From contig OY970380.1 of assembly GCA_963719365.1 (NCBI GenBank), positions 3,005,885 through 3,069,884 on the forward strand: 64,000 bases of DNA, given 5' to 3'. The notes under the pieces were generated by a model. The model saw nothing but the letters and a program-made list of their open reading frames with translations. It was not told where the DNA came from and did not search any database. Positions 46,828 to 56,619 of this stretch are shown here, piece after piece. How positions within the stretch are numbered: the stretch's first letter is position 1; every line of letters starts with the position of its first letter. The translations under genes were made by a program, and so were the position numbers. Source of the DNA: Thermoanaerobaculia bacterium. GTDB taxonomy: Bacteria; Acidobacteriota; Thermoanaerobaculia; Gp7-AA8.

Positions 46828-48339
46828 ATGAACCTGCTAACTTCACATTTCGACTTTCTCTCACCTCTCGACACCCGATACTACGGCGCGGAAGCCCCAT
46901 TCTTCGCTGCGCTGCATCCGTATCTCTCCGAAAATGCAACCCTGAAATACCAGTTACAGGTTGAGCAGGCATTGCTGGCGGAGTTGGAGACGGAAGGGCT
47001 GGCTCCGCCGGGTACATCGAAATCGCTCGCCGAAGCCTTGGCCGCGAACCCCATTACCCCCGAAGAGGTCTACGCCGAGGAAGAGAAGATACATCACAAC
47101 ATCCGGGCTCTAGCCAACTGCATCCGCGCGAGACTTTCTGAAGAGCGCAAACCGTTCGTCCACTTGTTCGTCACGTCGAACGACATCATGGACACAGCTC
47201 GCTCACTTGCCTTTCGTGATGTCGTGCGCGAGGTTGTTTTGCCGGATCTCCATGAACTCCTTGAAACTATCGTCGGGATCGCGCGACAGCATGCCGACAC
47301 GGTTCAAATCGGCCGGACGCACGGTCGGCATGCTGTACCGCTGACGCTCGGTTATTGGCTGGCAAACTACGTTGACCGGATTGGTCAGCGAATGGAGAAT
47401 CTTGCCACGTCGACAGGGAATCTCCGTGGGATGGTTTCGGGCGCTGTAGGTGCCCATAACTCTTTCGCGTTGAAATGGCCGACCGATCCCGCTCTTTTCG
47501 AGCAGATGATGCTCAAACGCCTTGGGCTGAGGGCATCGGACACCGCAATCTCAACGCAAGTCGTCCAGCCAGAATACGTCACGGATTTCGCCCATTCTAT
47601 CGTTTCTGCTTTCTCGGTCCTTGCAAACCTAGCTGATGATTATCGCAACCTGATGCGCAGCGAAATCGAGGAAGTTGGAGAAAACGATACTTATCGCGTA
47701 GGTTCATCGACGATGCCCCACAAGGTCAATCCGAAGAACTTTGAAAACGTGAAGAGCCTTTGGAAGGCTTTCATGCCCCGGATGACTACCGTGTACATGG
47801 ATCAGATCAGCGAGCATCAGCGTGACCTTACGAACAGCGCTAGTAGCCGTTTCCTCAACGAGCTGATCGCTGGGTTCGACTACGCCGTTCGACGCTTGAA
47901 CAAAGCGATTGGTGGCACGGTTGTCAACGTTGATCCGCTGAAGCGTAACTTTGACTTGGGTCGGCAGTGGACGGTAGCAGAACCGTTGTACATTGCCCTA
48001 GCGCTCTCTGGCGATCATGATGCCTACGAGACTTCAAAGAATTTGGTCAAGAAGTGTCGAGATGAAGGCGTCGGGTTATTGGATTACTTGCATTCACCCG
48101 GCGGCAGCAAAACGATTGATTCCTTGCTACCCATGTTTCAGCGGATAGTGTTGGCTCCTGAAGAGTATTTGGGCGACGCTCCGTCACGCACTTTGTTCGT
48201 ATGTGACCATTGGTGGGGAGTGCTGGGAGAGCAGCCTGGCCGGGCAAACCCGTTGAATACTCTTACTGGCCGACTCGCTCGGCCTCGTGACGATGAAGCG
48301 CTGATCGCTACCGCTGGCAGTTATGCGTATTTAGGTTAG
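46828..48339 (+). CDS. adenylosuccinate lyase-like enzyme (fumarate lyase superfamily)
   Basis: 503 aa with N-terminal LSPLDTRYYG and the superfamily signature GSSTMPHKVNPKNFE. The gene is lower in GC than its surroundings and has a ~50-aa C-terminal extension. Confidence 0.8.
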   Translation: MNLLTSHFDFLSPLDTRYYGAEAPFFAALHPYLSENATLKYQLQVEQALLAELETEGLAPPGTSKSLAEALAANPITPEEVYAEEEKIHHNIRALANCIRARLSEERKPFVHLFVTSNDIMDTARSLAFRDVVREVVLPDLHELLETIVGIARQHADTVQIGRTHGRHAVPLTLGYWLANYVDRIGQRMENLATSTGNLRGMVSGAVGAHNSFALKWPTDPALFEQMMLKRLGLRASDTAISTQVVQPEYVTDFAHSIVSAFSVLANLADDYRNLMRSEIEEVGENDTYRVGSSTMPHKVNPKNFENVKSLWKAFMPRMTTVYMDQISEHQRDLTNSASSRFLNELIAGFDYAVRRLNKAIGGTVVNVDPLKRNFDLGRQWTVAEPLYIALALSGDHDAYETSKNLVKKCRDEGVGLLDYLHSPGGSKTIDSLLPMFQRIVLAPEEYLGDAPSRTLFVCDHWWGVLGEQPGRANPLNTLTGRLARPRDDEALIATAGSYAYLG

Positions 48340-48425
48340 CGAAGCGGCGAGTCCTCGAAATCCGAGGACTTCGCACAGGAGCTGTTCGACTGGCTCGCGG
48401 AGGTGGGGCTGGAAGAGGCGCGGAA

Positions 48426-48623
48426 CTAGACCACAAAGCGGTTTTCTGGTGAGCGTGCGTGTTCCGCGAATGCTTCGATGCTCGGATAATCAAGCTCGAA
48501 GCTAGCGTCCCCTCCAGCGCTTACCCATAGGGTGCCAGCACGTTCAGTTACCAGCACGACTTGATCGCAGTTGATGAACACGGCACGATCTCCGCCTGTC
48601 AGTTTCACTTTGATCAGAACCAT
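48426..48623 (-). CDS. small hypothetical protein (65 aa)
   Basis: The ATG is preceded by GGAGG at 6-nt spacing. The translation MVLIKVKLTGGDRAVFINCDQVVLVTERAG... has normal composition. It lies in the low-GC island. Confidence 0.5.
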   Translation of the reverse strand: MVLIKVKLTGGDRAVFINCDQVVLVTERAGTLWVSAGGDASFELDYPSIEAFAEHARSPENRFVV

Positions 48624-48749
48624 TGCGCGCCTCCGTTTGGTTCGACGGAGCCTACAGCTAACCCGCTCAATCTGGCCGATTTAGGGCCTCGCGCAAATAA
48701 CCTAACCCTGCGTGGGTTTGCAAAGGACATAATCTCGGAGTTTCTTTTT

Positions 48750-48858
48750 CATTCCGAACCGGCGAAGACGGAGAGGGATCCCACTCCGATATGGAGACGG
48801 CCGCTCGAATTCAGGGGATTCCTCTCCGTCCTCCGCTGCGCTCCGGCGGTTCGGAATG
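48750..48858. repeat. palindromic element with CATTCCGAACCG/CGGTTCGGAATG termini
   Basis: Perfect 12-bp terminal inverted repeats lie at 48750-48761 and 48847-48858. Inner 19-bp arms (48764-48782 and 48814-48833) match at 17/19. The element ends 40 nt upstream of the SPFH gene start. Confidence 0.75.
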
Positions 48859-48897
48859 ACAAGCTATACAATCGCCAACGTGCGCGCGGAGGTTTCA

Positions 48898-49650
48898 ATG
48901 GCTCCAATCTTCGTCATTCTCATCATCTTCGGTTTTTACCTGCTGACCGCCATCAAGATCCTGCCCGAGTACGAGCGGGGCGTCATCTTCCGGCTGGGAC
49001 GTTTGCTTCCCGAGGCGAAGGGGCCGGGGATTTTTCTGGTGTTTGCGCCGATCGACCGCATGGTGCGCGTCTCGTTGCGGCAGGAAGCCTTCGAAGTTCC
49101 GCCCCAGGACATCATCACGCGCGACAACGTCACGCTGAAGGTGAACGCGGTCGTCTTTCTGCGCGTGATCGAGCCGCGGAACGCCGTCGTCGAAGTGTTC
49201 GACTACCGCTACCAGACATCGCAGTTTGCGCAGACAACCCTTCGCTCCGTCCTTGGCGAGGTCGAGCTCGACGAGCTCCTCGCGCACCGCGACGCACTCA
49301 ACGCCCGCATCCAGACGATTCTCGATCAGCACACCGAACCATGGGGCGTGAAGGTGGCGAACGTGGAAGTGAAGCAGGTCGACCTACCGGAATCGATGCT
49401 GCGTGCCATGGCCAAGCAGGCCGAGGCCGAGCGCGAGAAGCGGGCGAAACTCATTCATGCCGAGGGCGAGTTCGCGGCGTCGCAGAGACTGGCGGATGCC
49501 GCGCACGTTCTGGCCACGCAGCCGACGGCGCTCCAGTTGCGCTACCTGCAGACGCTGACTGAGATCGGCGTCGAGAAGAACACGACCATCGTCTTCCCGT
49601 TGCCGATCGACATCCTTTCGGGATTGACGAAGTTCCTGAATCAAGAATGA
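48898..49650 (+). CDS. SPFH/Band 7 (stomatin-like, slipin) protein
   Basis: I chose the start at [35 protein letters not shown], preceded by GGAGG. The SPFH core and a C-terminal coiled coil ([17 protein letters not shown]) are present. Confidence 0.88.
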   Translation: MAPIFVILIIFGFYLLTAIKILPEYERGVIFRLGRLLPEAKGPGIFLVFAPIDRMVRVSLRQEAFEVPPQDIITRDNVTLKVNAVVFLRVIEPRNAVVEVFDYRYQTSQFAQTTLRSVLGEVELDELLAHRDALNARIQTILDQHTEPWGVKVANVEVKQVDLPESMLRAMAKQAEAEREKRAKLIHAEGEFAASQRLADAAHVLATQPTALQLRYLQTLTEIGVEKNTTIVFPLPIDILSGLTKFLNQE

Positions 49651-50210
49651 GTGTCGTCATGATCGAGGCCGCGGTCTTTCAGTTGCGGGCCGCGGCAGAC
49701 GAAATCGATGCCGGGCTGGCGCCGCAGCTCGGCCTTTGCGTGAGCGTCCTGGCGCGCGCAGTCGAGGCGGCGCGTGATGGCGTGAACGCTGCGCGCGTGA
49801 GCGACATCGAGTTCGCAGTCAACGACTTAACCGGCGCGGTCGATGAGCTGCCACCGAACGATGCCGGACGTATTCAGCCGTTGCTCGACGCCATTCGCGG
49901 CGACCTGGACGCACTCAAGATCGCGACCTCGCTCGATCCGAAGCTGATCGAGCAGATCAACGCCTTTCAGTCGAAGCTGCGCGAGCGGATGAAAGCGATC
50001 GAGAGGCAAACGTACGTCGAAGGCGGCACGGACGCGCCGTTGCCGCATCCGCCGGCGTCGCTCCGTCACGACGCCATCCCTCTTTCTCACGAGCTGGCTG
50101 CGGCCGGATTCGCGACGCCGTCACTCGATGCGCTGATCAACAAACACGACGAGCTGCGCTACCACTCGATTCGGGAAATTCTCGACGAGCTCGAAGTCAT
50201 CGTGGGCTGA
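49647..50210 (+). CDS. hypothetical helical protein
   Basis: 187 aa. Its ATG overlaps the SPFH stop (ATGA). No family recognised. Confidence 0.5.
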   Translation: MSVVMIEAAVFQLRAAADEIDAGLAPQLGLCVSVLARAVEAARDGVNAARVSDIEFAVNDLTGAVDELPPNDAGRIQPLLDAIRGDLDALKIATSLDPKLIEQINAFQSKLRERMKAIERQTYVEGGTDAPLPHPPASLRHDAIPLSHELAAAGFATPSLDALINKHDELRYHSIREILDELEVIVG

Positions 50211-50295
50211 TTCATTCATCGCCCGGCAGCCGAGTTCGGTATACTATCGAACAAATCGGTCACAACTTGCGCTTGGAGAAGGAGAAGGAGAAGAG

Positions 50296-50688
50296 ATGAA
50301 CGCTCTGTTCGCACTCGCACTACTACAGGAAACGTCCACCACCGACACCAGTGCCGTCCCGTCGGCGGCCGCGGCCGGCATGGGCATCGGGGGAATGCTC
50401 GTCTTTTTCGCCCTTGGCTTGCTGATGCTCATCTCGGTGTGGAAGGTCTTCACAAAGGCCGGCAAGCCAGGATGGGCCTCGATCATTCCGATTTACAACA
50501 TCATCGTGTTGTGCGAAATCTGCGGCAAGCCAATCTGGTGGTTCATCATCTCGCCGTTCCTGGTCTTTCCGCTGGCAGCGAGGTTCGGCAAGGGTGTTGG
50601 TTTTGCTCTCGGCCTGTGGTTCTTGTTTCCTATCTTCTGGCCAATACTTGCGTTCGGCTCCGCGAAGTATCAGCCGGTAGTCGCGTAA
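50296..50688 (+). CDS. DUF5684 domain-containing membrane protein
   Basis: 130 aa. WKVFTKAGKPGWASIIPIYNIIVLCEICGKPIWW...FGKGVGFALGLWFLFPIFWPILAFGSAKYQ fits the DUF5684 pattern. Confidence 0.75.
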   Translation: MNALFALALLQETSTTDTSAVPSAAAAGMGIGGMLVFFALGLLMLISVWKVFTKAGKPGWASIIPIYNIIVLCEICGKPIWWFIISPFLVFPLAARFGKGVGFALGLWFLFPIFWPILAFGSAKYQPVVA

Positions 50689-50978
50689 GACTTTTGTAGA
50701 GCCCAGTCGCGCCGAGCCGAGTTCCCGCCTTTCATAGAGAGAGACGGCGAACCCGGTCCTGCTTGCTGGGCTCTACATGTCTCTGAACGGCGCGACGATC
50801 CTTTCTAGCCCGCGCTACCCGTCTTCATCGGTCGGAGATCTGGCTGGTCATGCCAAGGTTCCGATTTGACCTGAGGCAACGCCGCGGAAGGTTCTTCTCC
50901 TCGCCTCTGCCGGCCATGTTCACCCGGGCGCAGCCAATTCGCTATACTGCTGGCACTCCGTCATCCATTGGTTATCGA

Positions 50979-52415
50979 ATGACATTTCCATGCCTAGCGT
51001 GTCACAGCACGATCGACGGCTTGTCTAGGAGTTGTCCATCTTGCGGAACTGAGATCAGCGACTTCGCCCGCGAATACTCCGTAAAACCCGTCAACGGAAC
51101 ATACGAGCTCGTCTCTCGGATTGGAATGGGTGGAATGGGTGAGGTTTTTCGGGCACGCCATCTGATCTTCGGAACCGACTTCGTGATCAAGGTGATGAAG
51201 CCCGATTTGCGAACAAATGCGGCGCTTCAGACTCGGTTCATACGTGAAGCGCTCTTCGCGAGAAAGGTGAGGCACGCGAACGTCGCCTCCGTCGCGGACG
51301 CCGCACGTTTGCCGGACGGGACCCTCTTCATCGTCGCCAACTTCATCGAGGGCGCGAGTCTCGCGAGCGTCATCCGCGCAGCAGGACGCCTGTCTCCGCC
51401 GCGCTGCCTGAATATCGCGCGTCAAGTGCTCAGTGGGTTGGAAGCAATTCACGAGGCCGGTCTGATTCACCGAGACCTCAGCCCGGACAACATCATGATC
51501 TCTGGAGCCGACCACGCAACGATAATCGACTTCGGCATTGCGAAAGAGATCGACAATGACGTCTCGCTGACCGATAGTCATCTCTTCCTAGGCAAGATGC
51601 GCTACGCGTCGCCCGAGCAATTGCGGGCTGATCCCGAGGCTCCGATTGACACGCGATCAGACCTCTACTCCTTCGGTATTGTCCTGTACGAGATGCTGAC
51701 TGGAAAGGTGCCGTTCAATGCTCCGAGCCCCGTCGCACTGCTTTCGTTGCATCTTTTCTCTTCCCCGCCGGAGCTTCCGCGGGCAATCGGCCCGGCCCCG
51801 CTCCGCGACGTCATAGCCCGCTCGCTCGCCAAGGGACGAAGTGATCGGTTTTCAAGCGCTCATGCGCTTCGCCTTGCGCTGGAGAAATCATTTGAATCGG
51901 GTTCCATCCGACTGCCTGAGGAAATCGTTTCCACGGTCCCGATGACGAACATTCCATTCAAAAGGCCATTACCCCCAGCCCCACCGCCTAAGTCTCGACT
52001 ATCAATTCGAGTATCGGTAACAATCACTCTCGTTATAGCTGGGCTGGTGACGCTCGTAGTTGAGTGGCCGCAACTCGTGTCGCTGTTCAACACCCGACAG
52101 TCTGACTCGAGCGGAATCGGTCTGGTCATCTTGACCTGCTACTTAGGGGTCGTCGTGTTGATGGTCGCTTCCATGTGGAAGGTTTTCGTCAAGGCTAGGA
52201 AACCGGGCTGGACCGCGATCGTTCCGCTCTACAACATCATCGTGTTGACTCAAATCGCCGGCAAGCCGCTTTGGTGGATCATCATCTATCCGTTCATCGT
52301 CTTTCCGCTGGCAGGCAAGTTCGGAAAGGGTGTCGGCTTTGCGCTCGGTTTGCTCTTCCTGTCTCCGATCTTTTGGCCGATCCTTGCGTTCGGCGACGCC
52401 AAGTATCAGCGGTAG
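50979..52415 (+). CDS. Ser/Thr protein kinase with an N-terminal zinc ribbon and a C-terminal DUF5684 membrane domain
   Basis: I chose the start at MTFPCLACHSTIDGLSRSCPSCG (CxxC...CxxC). Hanks kinase motifs are present: GMGGMGEVF, VIKVMK, HRDLSPDNIM, DFGIAK and SPEQ. The C-terminal 90 aa are about 75% identical to the preceding gene. Confidence 0.85.
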   Translation: MTFPCLACHSTIDGLSRSCPSCGTEISDFAREYSVKPVNGTYELVSRIGMGGMGEVFRARHLIFGTDFVIKVMKPDLRTNAALQTRFIREALFARKVRHANVASVADAARLPDGTLFIVANFIEGASLASVIRAAGRLSPPRCLNIARQVLSGLEAIHEAGLIHRDLSPDNIMISGADHATIIDFGIAKEIDNDVSLTDSHLFLGKMRYASPEQLRADPEAPIDTRSDLYSFGIVLYEMLTGKVPFNAPSPVALLSLHLFSSPPELPRAIGPAPLRDVIARSLAKGRSDRFSSAHALRLALEKSFESGSIRLPEEIVSTVPMTNIPFKRPLPPAPPPKSRLSIRVSVTITLVIAGLVTLVVEWPQLVSLFNTRQSDSSGIGLVILTCYLGVVVLMVASMWKVFVKARKPGWTAIVPLYNIIVLTQIAGKPLWWIIIYPFIVFPLAGKFGKGVGFALGLLFLSPIFWPILAFGDAKYQR

Positions 52416-52725
52416 CAGCTTAGGCCTCGACAGGGTCGCCCATGTGGCGGCCCCAGTCGCTCACTCTTGCCTCATCGTCGACGCCAGATGGATCGCACCT
52501 CGTTCTTGCTGACGTCGCTCGCCAACTGACGATTGCGAGCGCGCCTCTGCTGTACGCTTCTCGACATCGCCCCGATGACGCGCCAAAGCCATACTGGCAG
52601 GAGTGATCGCGCTGCTTCACGGCTCTGGCAGATGCATAGCAGGGCTTGCTCTGCGGCTGAGTCTGGTGTACCGTCCAACCACATCAACCACAATTCGGGC
52701 AACTCAACAGAAAAGCGAGGCGGTC

Positions 52726-53013
52726 ATGATCGTTCGTCGAGTAGGTCCTCTTTCATTCGCCAGGGTTATGGGCATGTTGTACGCTCTGATGGGATTGATG
52801 CTAGGGGCATGTATCAGTCTGTTCTCATTCATAGGAAGCGCGTTTTCGCCGAGAGACATGCCGGGAGGAATGGGCATCTTGTTTGGGGTGGGCGCGATTG
52901 TGGCGCTTCCGATCTTTTATGGCCTTGTTGGATTCATCTTTTCGCTAGTCGGTGCAGCCTTATACAACCTGGTGGCCTCGTGGGTCGGCGGTGTCGAACT
53001 AGATGTTCAATAG
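52726..53013 (+). CDS. small membrane protein (95 aa)
   Basis: An internal ATG with an upstream GAGG. The protein has three hydrophobic segments (MGMLYALMGLMLGACISLFSFIG...). Confidence 0.5.
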   Translation: MIVRRVGPLSFARVMGMLYALMGLMLGACISLFSFIGSAFSPRDMPGGMGILFGVGAIVALPIFYGLVGFIFSLVGAALYNLVASWVGGVELDVQ

Positions 53014-53023
53014 TCTCTAAGAC

Positions 53024-53479
53024 GTGCAGCGTAGGCTAGAGGAGCATCCAATAGACTTCGCAATTATCCCGAGGATGCTTCTCGACAAACTCGACCTCGA
53101 CCCGGGAAGGCGTATTCACATCAACGTCCTTCTGAGCACGTTGGTTTTGTTTGTCGCAATAGTTTCCCTTGGTCACTCTGGGGACGTTCTACTCGCAGTC
53201 CCGCACATTTGTCTCGCTCAGGCACTTTTCGGCGTTCCATGTCCAGGATGCGGGGTCACGCGTAGTGTTCTGGCATTCATCGCCGGCGACATACACCGAG
53301 CGTGGACACTGAATCCGGCCGGCCCGTTTGTTTGCGCGGCAACGGCGTTTCAGGTCCCGCTTCGCTATCTGGCACTGAATGGCGGCTGTACCGACAGCAC
53401 CGCGATAACTACGTCGCGCGTTTTGACTTCAATTGTTGTCACAATTCTGGTGATGACCTGGTTAATTCACATCTGTTAA
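53024..53479 (+). CDS. DUF2752 domain-containing membrane protein
   Basis: The CPGCGVTRS motif with flanking TM helices is typical of DUF2752. The start is uncertain (GTG 53024 or ATG 53075). Confidence 0.7.
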   Translation: MQRRLEEHPIDFAIIPRMLLDKLDLDPGRRIHINVLLSTLVLFVAIVSLGHSGDVLLAVPHICLAQALFGVPCPGCGVTRSVLAFIAGDIHRAWTLNPAGPFVCAATAFQVPLRYLALNGGCTDSTAITTSRVLTSIVVTILVMTWLIHIC

Positions 53480-53494
53480 TAGGAGAGAGATTCA

Positions 53495-53662
53495 ATGAGT
53501 CAACTTTCGTGTCCGAAATGCGGCGAAATGACAATGCGTGGTGGATTCAAGGCATGGCAGATCATCGTTTCAATCTGCTTTTTTCCGATCGGATTGCTGG
53601 CATTGATGGCAGACCGCAATCCTACGCAGTGTCCGAAGTGTAGCCACGCATGGCAGGCCTGA
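53495..53662 (+). CDS. small zinc-ribbon membrane protein (55 aa)
   Basis: Below the ORF-track size cutoff. An AGGAGAGAGA box lies 4 nt upstream of the ATG. My translation is MSQLSCPKCGEMTMRGGFKAWQIIVSICFFPIGLLALMADRNPTQCPKCSHAWQA: two CxxC pairs flanking one TM helix. Confidence 0.55.
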   Translation: MSQLSCPKCGEMTMRGGFKAWQIIVSICFFPIGLLALMADRNPTQCPKCSHAWQA

Positions 53663-53742
53663 CAGCGTCGTTAGGCCCCGGCCGCTATTCGTACGGAGGT
53701 TGCTAGAGTTTGGTTTGACTTCAATACTGGCTCAGATCGGCC

Positions 53743-54207
53743 CTACGTTTGTCCGAACAGGGCGACGATCTTCTCGAGACCGCGCTGATCCTCGTCGTCG
53801 AACGCGTTGAGTTGATCGGAGTCGACGTCGAGCACGCCCACGAGTGCGCCGTCGGCTGCGAACACCGGCACGACGATCTCCGACTTCGAATTCGGATCGC
53901 AGGCGATGTGGCCGGGAAATGCGTTCACGTCCGGCACGATGATCGTCTTGCGTTGCGCTGCAGCAGTGCCGCAAACGCCGCGTCCAAACGCGATCTGCAG
54001 GCAGCCCACGGTTCCGATGTATGGACCGACCACGAGGCGGTCTCCGCAAACGCGGTAGAAGCCGGTCCAGTAGAAGTGCGGGAAGCGGTGCGCGAGGATC
54101 GAGTTGATCGTGGCCATGAGCGCGATGTCGTCGAGCGTCGTTCCGCCCTCATCGCGCCAGATGGCAACGATCGATTGGTAGCACTCTTCGTACGCGGCGG
54201 CCTTCAT
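53743..54207 (-). CDS. GAF domain protein (free methionine-R-sulfoxide reductase-like)
   Basis: I chose the start at MKAAAYEE, which overlaps the glgA stop (ATGA). The motifs YWTGFYRV...GPYIGTVGCLQIAFGRGVCGTAA...PDVNAFPGHIACD are typical of fRMsr. Confidence 0.8.
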   Translation of the reverse strand: MKAAAYEECYQSIVAIWRDEGGTTLDDIALMATINSILAHRFPHFYWTGFYRVCGDRLVVGPYIGTVGCLQIAFGRGVCGTAAAQRKTIIVPDVNAFPGHIACDPNSKSEIVVPVFAADGALVGVLDVDSDQLNAFDDEDQRGLEKIVALFGQT

Positions 54208-55670
54208 GAGAACTGGGCGCGATGATAGATGGTCTCGTATTCGCGCGCCGAGCGTTCCCACGATAAGTCGGCGGCCATGCCGTTGTCCTGCAAGTGGCGC
54301 CACGTCTTCGCATCGCGATGATTGAGCATGGCCAGCCAGGTGGCGGTGTAGAAGTCGGCGGGGTTGGTGGCAATGAAACCGAAGCCGTTCGCGAAATCAA
54401 GGTTGGCGCCGTGAAACGGGATCACGGTGTCGGCCAGACCGCCGGTCAGGCGCACGACCGGCACCGTGCCGTAGCACAGCGCGTACATCTGATTCAGGCC
54501 GCACGGTTCGTAAATCGACGGCATGAGCAGGATGTCGGCGCCGGCGTAGATGCGATGCGCGAGTGCGTTGTCGAAGCCGATGACGACGCGGCAGGAATCA
54601 GGATGTTGCGCCGCGATGTGAGTCAGCGCGTTCTCGAAACGCGGCTCGCCCGATCCGAGGATCACCGCTTGCGCGCCGGCGGCAAGCATTTGCGGCAGCG
54701 CGGCGATCAGCAGGTCGATTCCTTTCTGATCGGTCAGCCGCGAGATGAATCCGAGCAGCGGCCTTCTCGACTTCTGCGTCAGCTTGAATTCGCGGAGGAG
54801 CGCCCGTTTCGAAAGGCTCTTGCCGAGCAGATGGCCGCGGTGAAACGGTGACGCGATGTTGGGATCGTCCGCCGGATCCCATTCTTGAACATCGATCCCG
54901 TTCAGAATGCCATGCAACTTGAACGAGAGGCTGCGCAGGATTCCGTCGAGGCCAGCGCCCATCTCATGCGTCTGGATCTCCTTCGCGTAACTCGGCGAGA
55001 CCGTCGTCACCTGATTGGCGAAGATGATGCCGCCCTTCATCAGGTTGACATCGCCGAAGTGTTCGACCGCGTCGGGCGCCCAGTAGCGGCTGTGAAGTCC
55101 GAGGGTGGCGAACTGCCGCCGCGTGCCGATGCCCTGGTAATTCAGATTGTGGATCGTGTAGACCGAGCGCGCGCCGCGGAAGTTTTCGCTGCCACGCAAA
55201 CCCGAGTGCAGGTAGATCGGCAGCAGAGCGGTATGCCAGTCGTGCGCGTGAACAATGTCCGGCGCGATGCCGAGGAGCTCGCAGCCGCGAATGACAGCGC
55301 GGCAAAAGAACGAGTAGCGCTCGATGCCGTCGTCGTACCCGTCGAGCCGCGGCGAGTAGATCTGCGGCCGGTTGAAGAAGTATTCGTTCGCGACGAGGAC
55401 GAGCGGGATCTCAGTTCCCGGCAGCGTCGTCCGCAGATACGCCGCCTCAGCAGCCCAATTCCCCCAGTTGATGTAAACCGGCGGCAAGGCTTCTTCGAGC
55501 GCGACGCCGTTGTTGGCAAACCATTCGTGCGCCTCGCGGTAGTACGGCATGAAGATCGTGACGTCGTGCCCGAGGTTCGCCAGCGCTTTCGGCAGCGAGC
55601 CGCACACATCGCCCAACCCGCCCGTCTTGGCGATCGGCGAAACCTCGGCGGTAGCAAACAGGATCTTCAC
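54204..55670 (-). CDS. glgA: glycogen synthase (ADP-glucose type)
   Basis: 488 aa beginning MKILFATAEVSPIAKTGGLGDV, with C-terminal GT1 motifs (EPCGLNQMYA). Confidence 0.92.
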   Translation of the reverse strand: MKILFATAEVSPIAKTGGLGDVCGSLPKALANLGHDVTIFMPYYREAHEWFANNGVALEEALPPVYINWGNWAAEAAYLRTTLPGTEIPLVLVANEYFFNRPQIYSPRLDGYDDGIERYSFFCRAVIRGCELLGIAPDIVHAHDWHTALLPIYLHSGLRGSENFRGARSVYTIHNLNYQGIGTRRQFATLGLHSRYWAPDAVEHFGDVNLMKGGIIFANQVTTVSPSYAKEIQTHEMGAGLDGILRSLSFKLHGILNGIDVQEWDPADDPNIASPFHRGHLLGKSLSKRALLREFKLTQKSRRPLLGFISRLTDQKGIDLLIAALPQMLAAGAQAVILGSGEPRFENALTHIAAQHPDSCRVVIGFDNALAHRIYAGADILLMPSIYEPCGLNQMYALCYGTVPVVRLTGGLADTVIPFHGANLDFANGFGFIATNPADFYTATWLAMLNHRDAKTWRHLQDNGMAADLSWERSAREYETIYHRAQFS

Positions 55671-55740
55671 GTCGAGACAGTATCTCCTTCGCGGCTTCTA
55701 TCTGCGTCCCATCTGCGACATCTGCGGATAATGGTTCTCT

Positions 55741-56559
55741 TCACGAGATCGCGATCGCCGCGTACCCGACAACATGCGAGTAGTCGCCGTTGACGTCGCC
55801 GCTCGTGGCGTGCCGGATCAGCCTTGCGTGTTTCGCGCCGAGCTTCGTCGCCGCAATCAGCATCGCCGTCGTCGGGATGAATCCGCACATCGAGATGTCG
55901 GACTGTTCGACAGCACGCCAGAGTCCATGCGGATCAAGGCGCAGCACCTCATCGATCGCAAGCTGGTCCTTGCGCAGCGTCGTCTTCTGGTCCTCGTAGT
56001 GATTGAGGTCGGAGCTGGCGATGATGCCCACCGGTTCGCCGGCCGCGGCGATCACTGTCGCGATGGCGTTTCCGATTTCTTCGCAGTAGTCGTAACGATT
56101 GGCGCCGAGGCAAATGGGAACGAAGGTGAAGTCGTCGCCAAGGAGTTGCTGCAGAAATGGGAGTTGCACTTCCAGCGAATGCTCGCGCGCGTGCGCACGA
56201 TCGTCGTCGGCGAGAAGCGGCGACTGCTGCATTAACGCATCGGCGAGCGGCGTCTCGATGGCGACGTCGCCGAGGGGAGTGCGCCAGGAACCCTGGCGAT
56301 TGATCGCCGCGAAGTGACCGAATCCCGTGTGATTCGGACAAAGAATGATGAAGCGGCGCGGCAATTCCGCTTGCGCGTAAAACGCCGCCGCCACATGCCC
56401 GCTGTACATCAACCCGGCGTGCGGAACGACGGCGCCGATGAACTTCTCGCCGGCTTCGACGTCGCCGTTTTCGGCGAAGCAGGCGCTGACCTGCGCGGCC
56501 AGACGGTCCGGGTCGCCCTCGTAAAACGTGCCTGCCACGGCTGGCTGGCGGATAGCCAT
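55741..56559 (-). CDS. AmmeMemoRadiSam system protein B (MEMO1 family)
   Basis: The real start is MAIRQPAVAGTFYEGDP at ATG 56559. The motifs VPHAGLMYSG, EHSLEVQLPFL and SSDLNHY are present. The 848-aa tracked ORF is an antisense extension over the yihY-like gene. Confidence 0.85.
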   Translation of the reverse strand: MAIRQPAVAGTFYEGDPDRLAAQVSACFAENGDVEAGEKFIGAVVPHAGLMYSGHVAAAFYAQAELPRRFIILCPNHTGFGHFAAINRQGSWRTPLGDVAIETPLADALMQQSPLLADDDRAHAREHSLEVQLPFLQQLLGDDFTFVPICLGANRYDYCEEIGNAIATVIAAAGEPVGIIASSDLNHYEDQKTTLRKDQLAIDEVLRLDPHGLWRAVEQSDISMCGFIPTTAMLIAATKLGAKHARLIRHATSGDVNGDYSHVVGYAAIAIS

Positions 56560-56619
56560 GATCCGCAACGTTATCGCATCTCCTCGCCGCTGGCTCACCC
56601 TTGCATTTATAGTTGAGGC

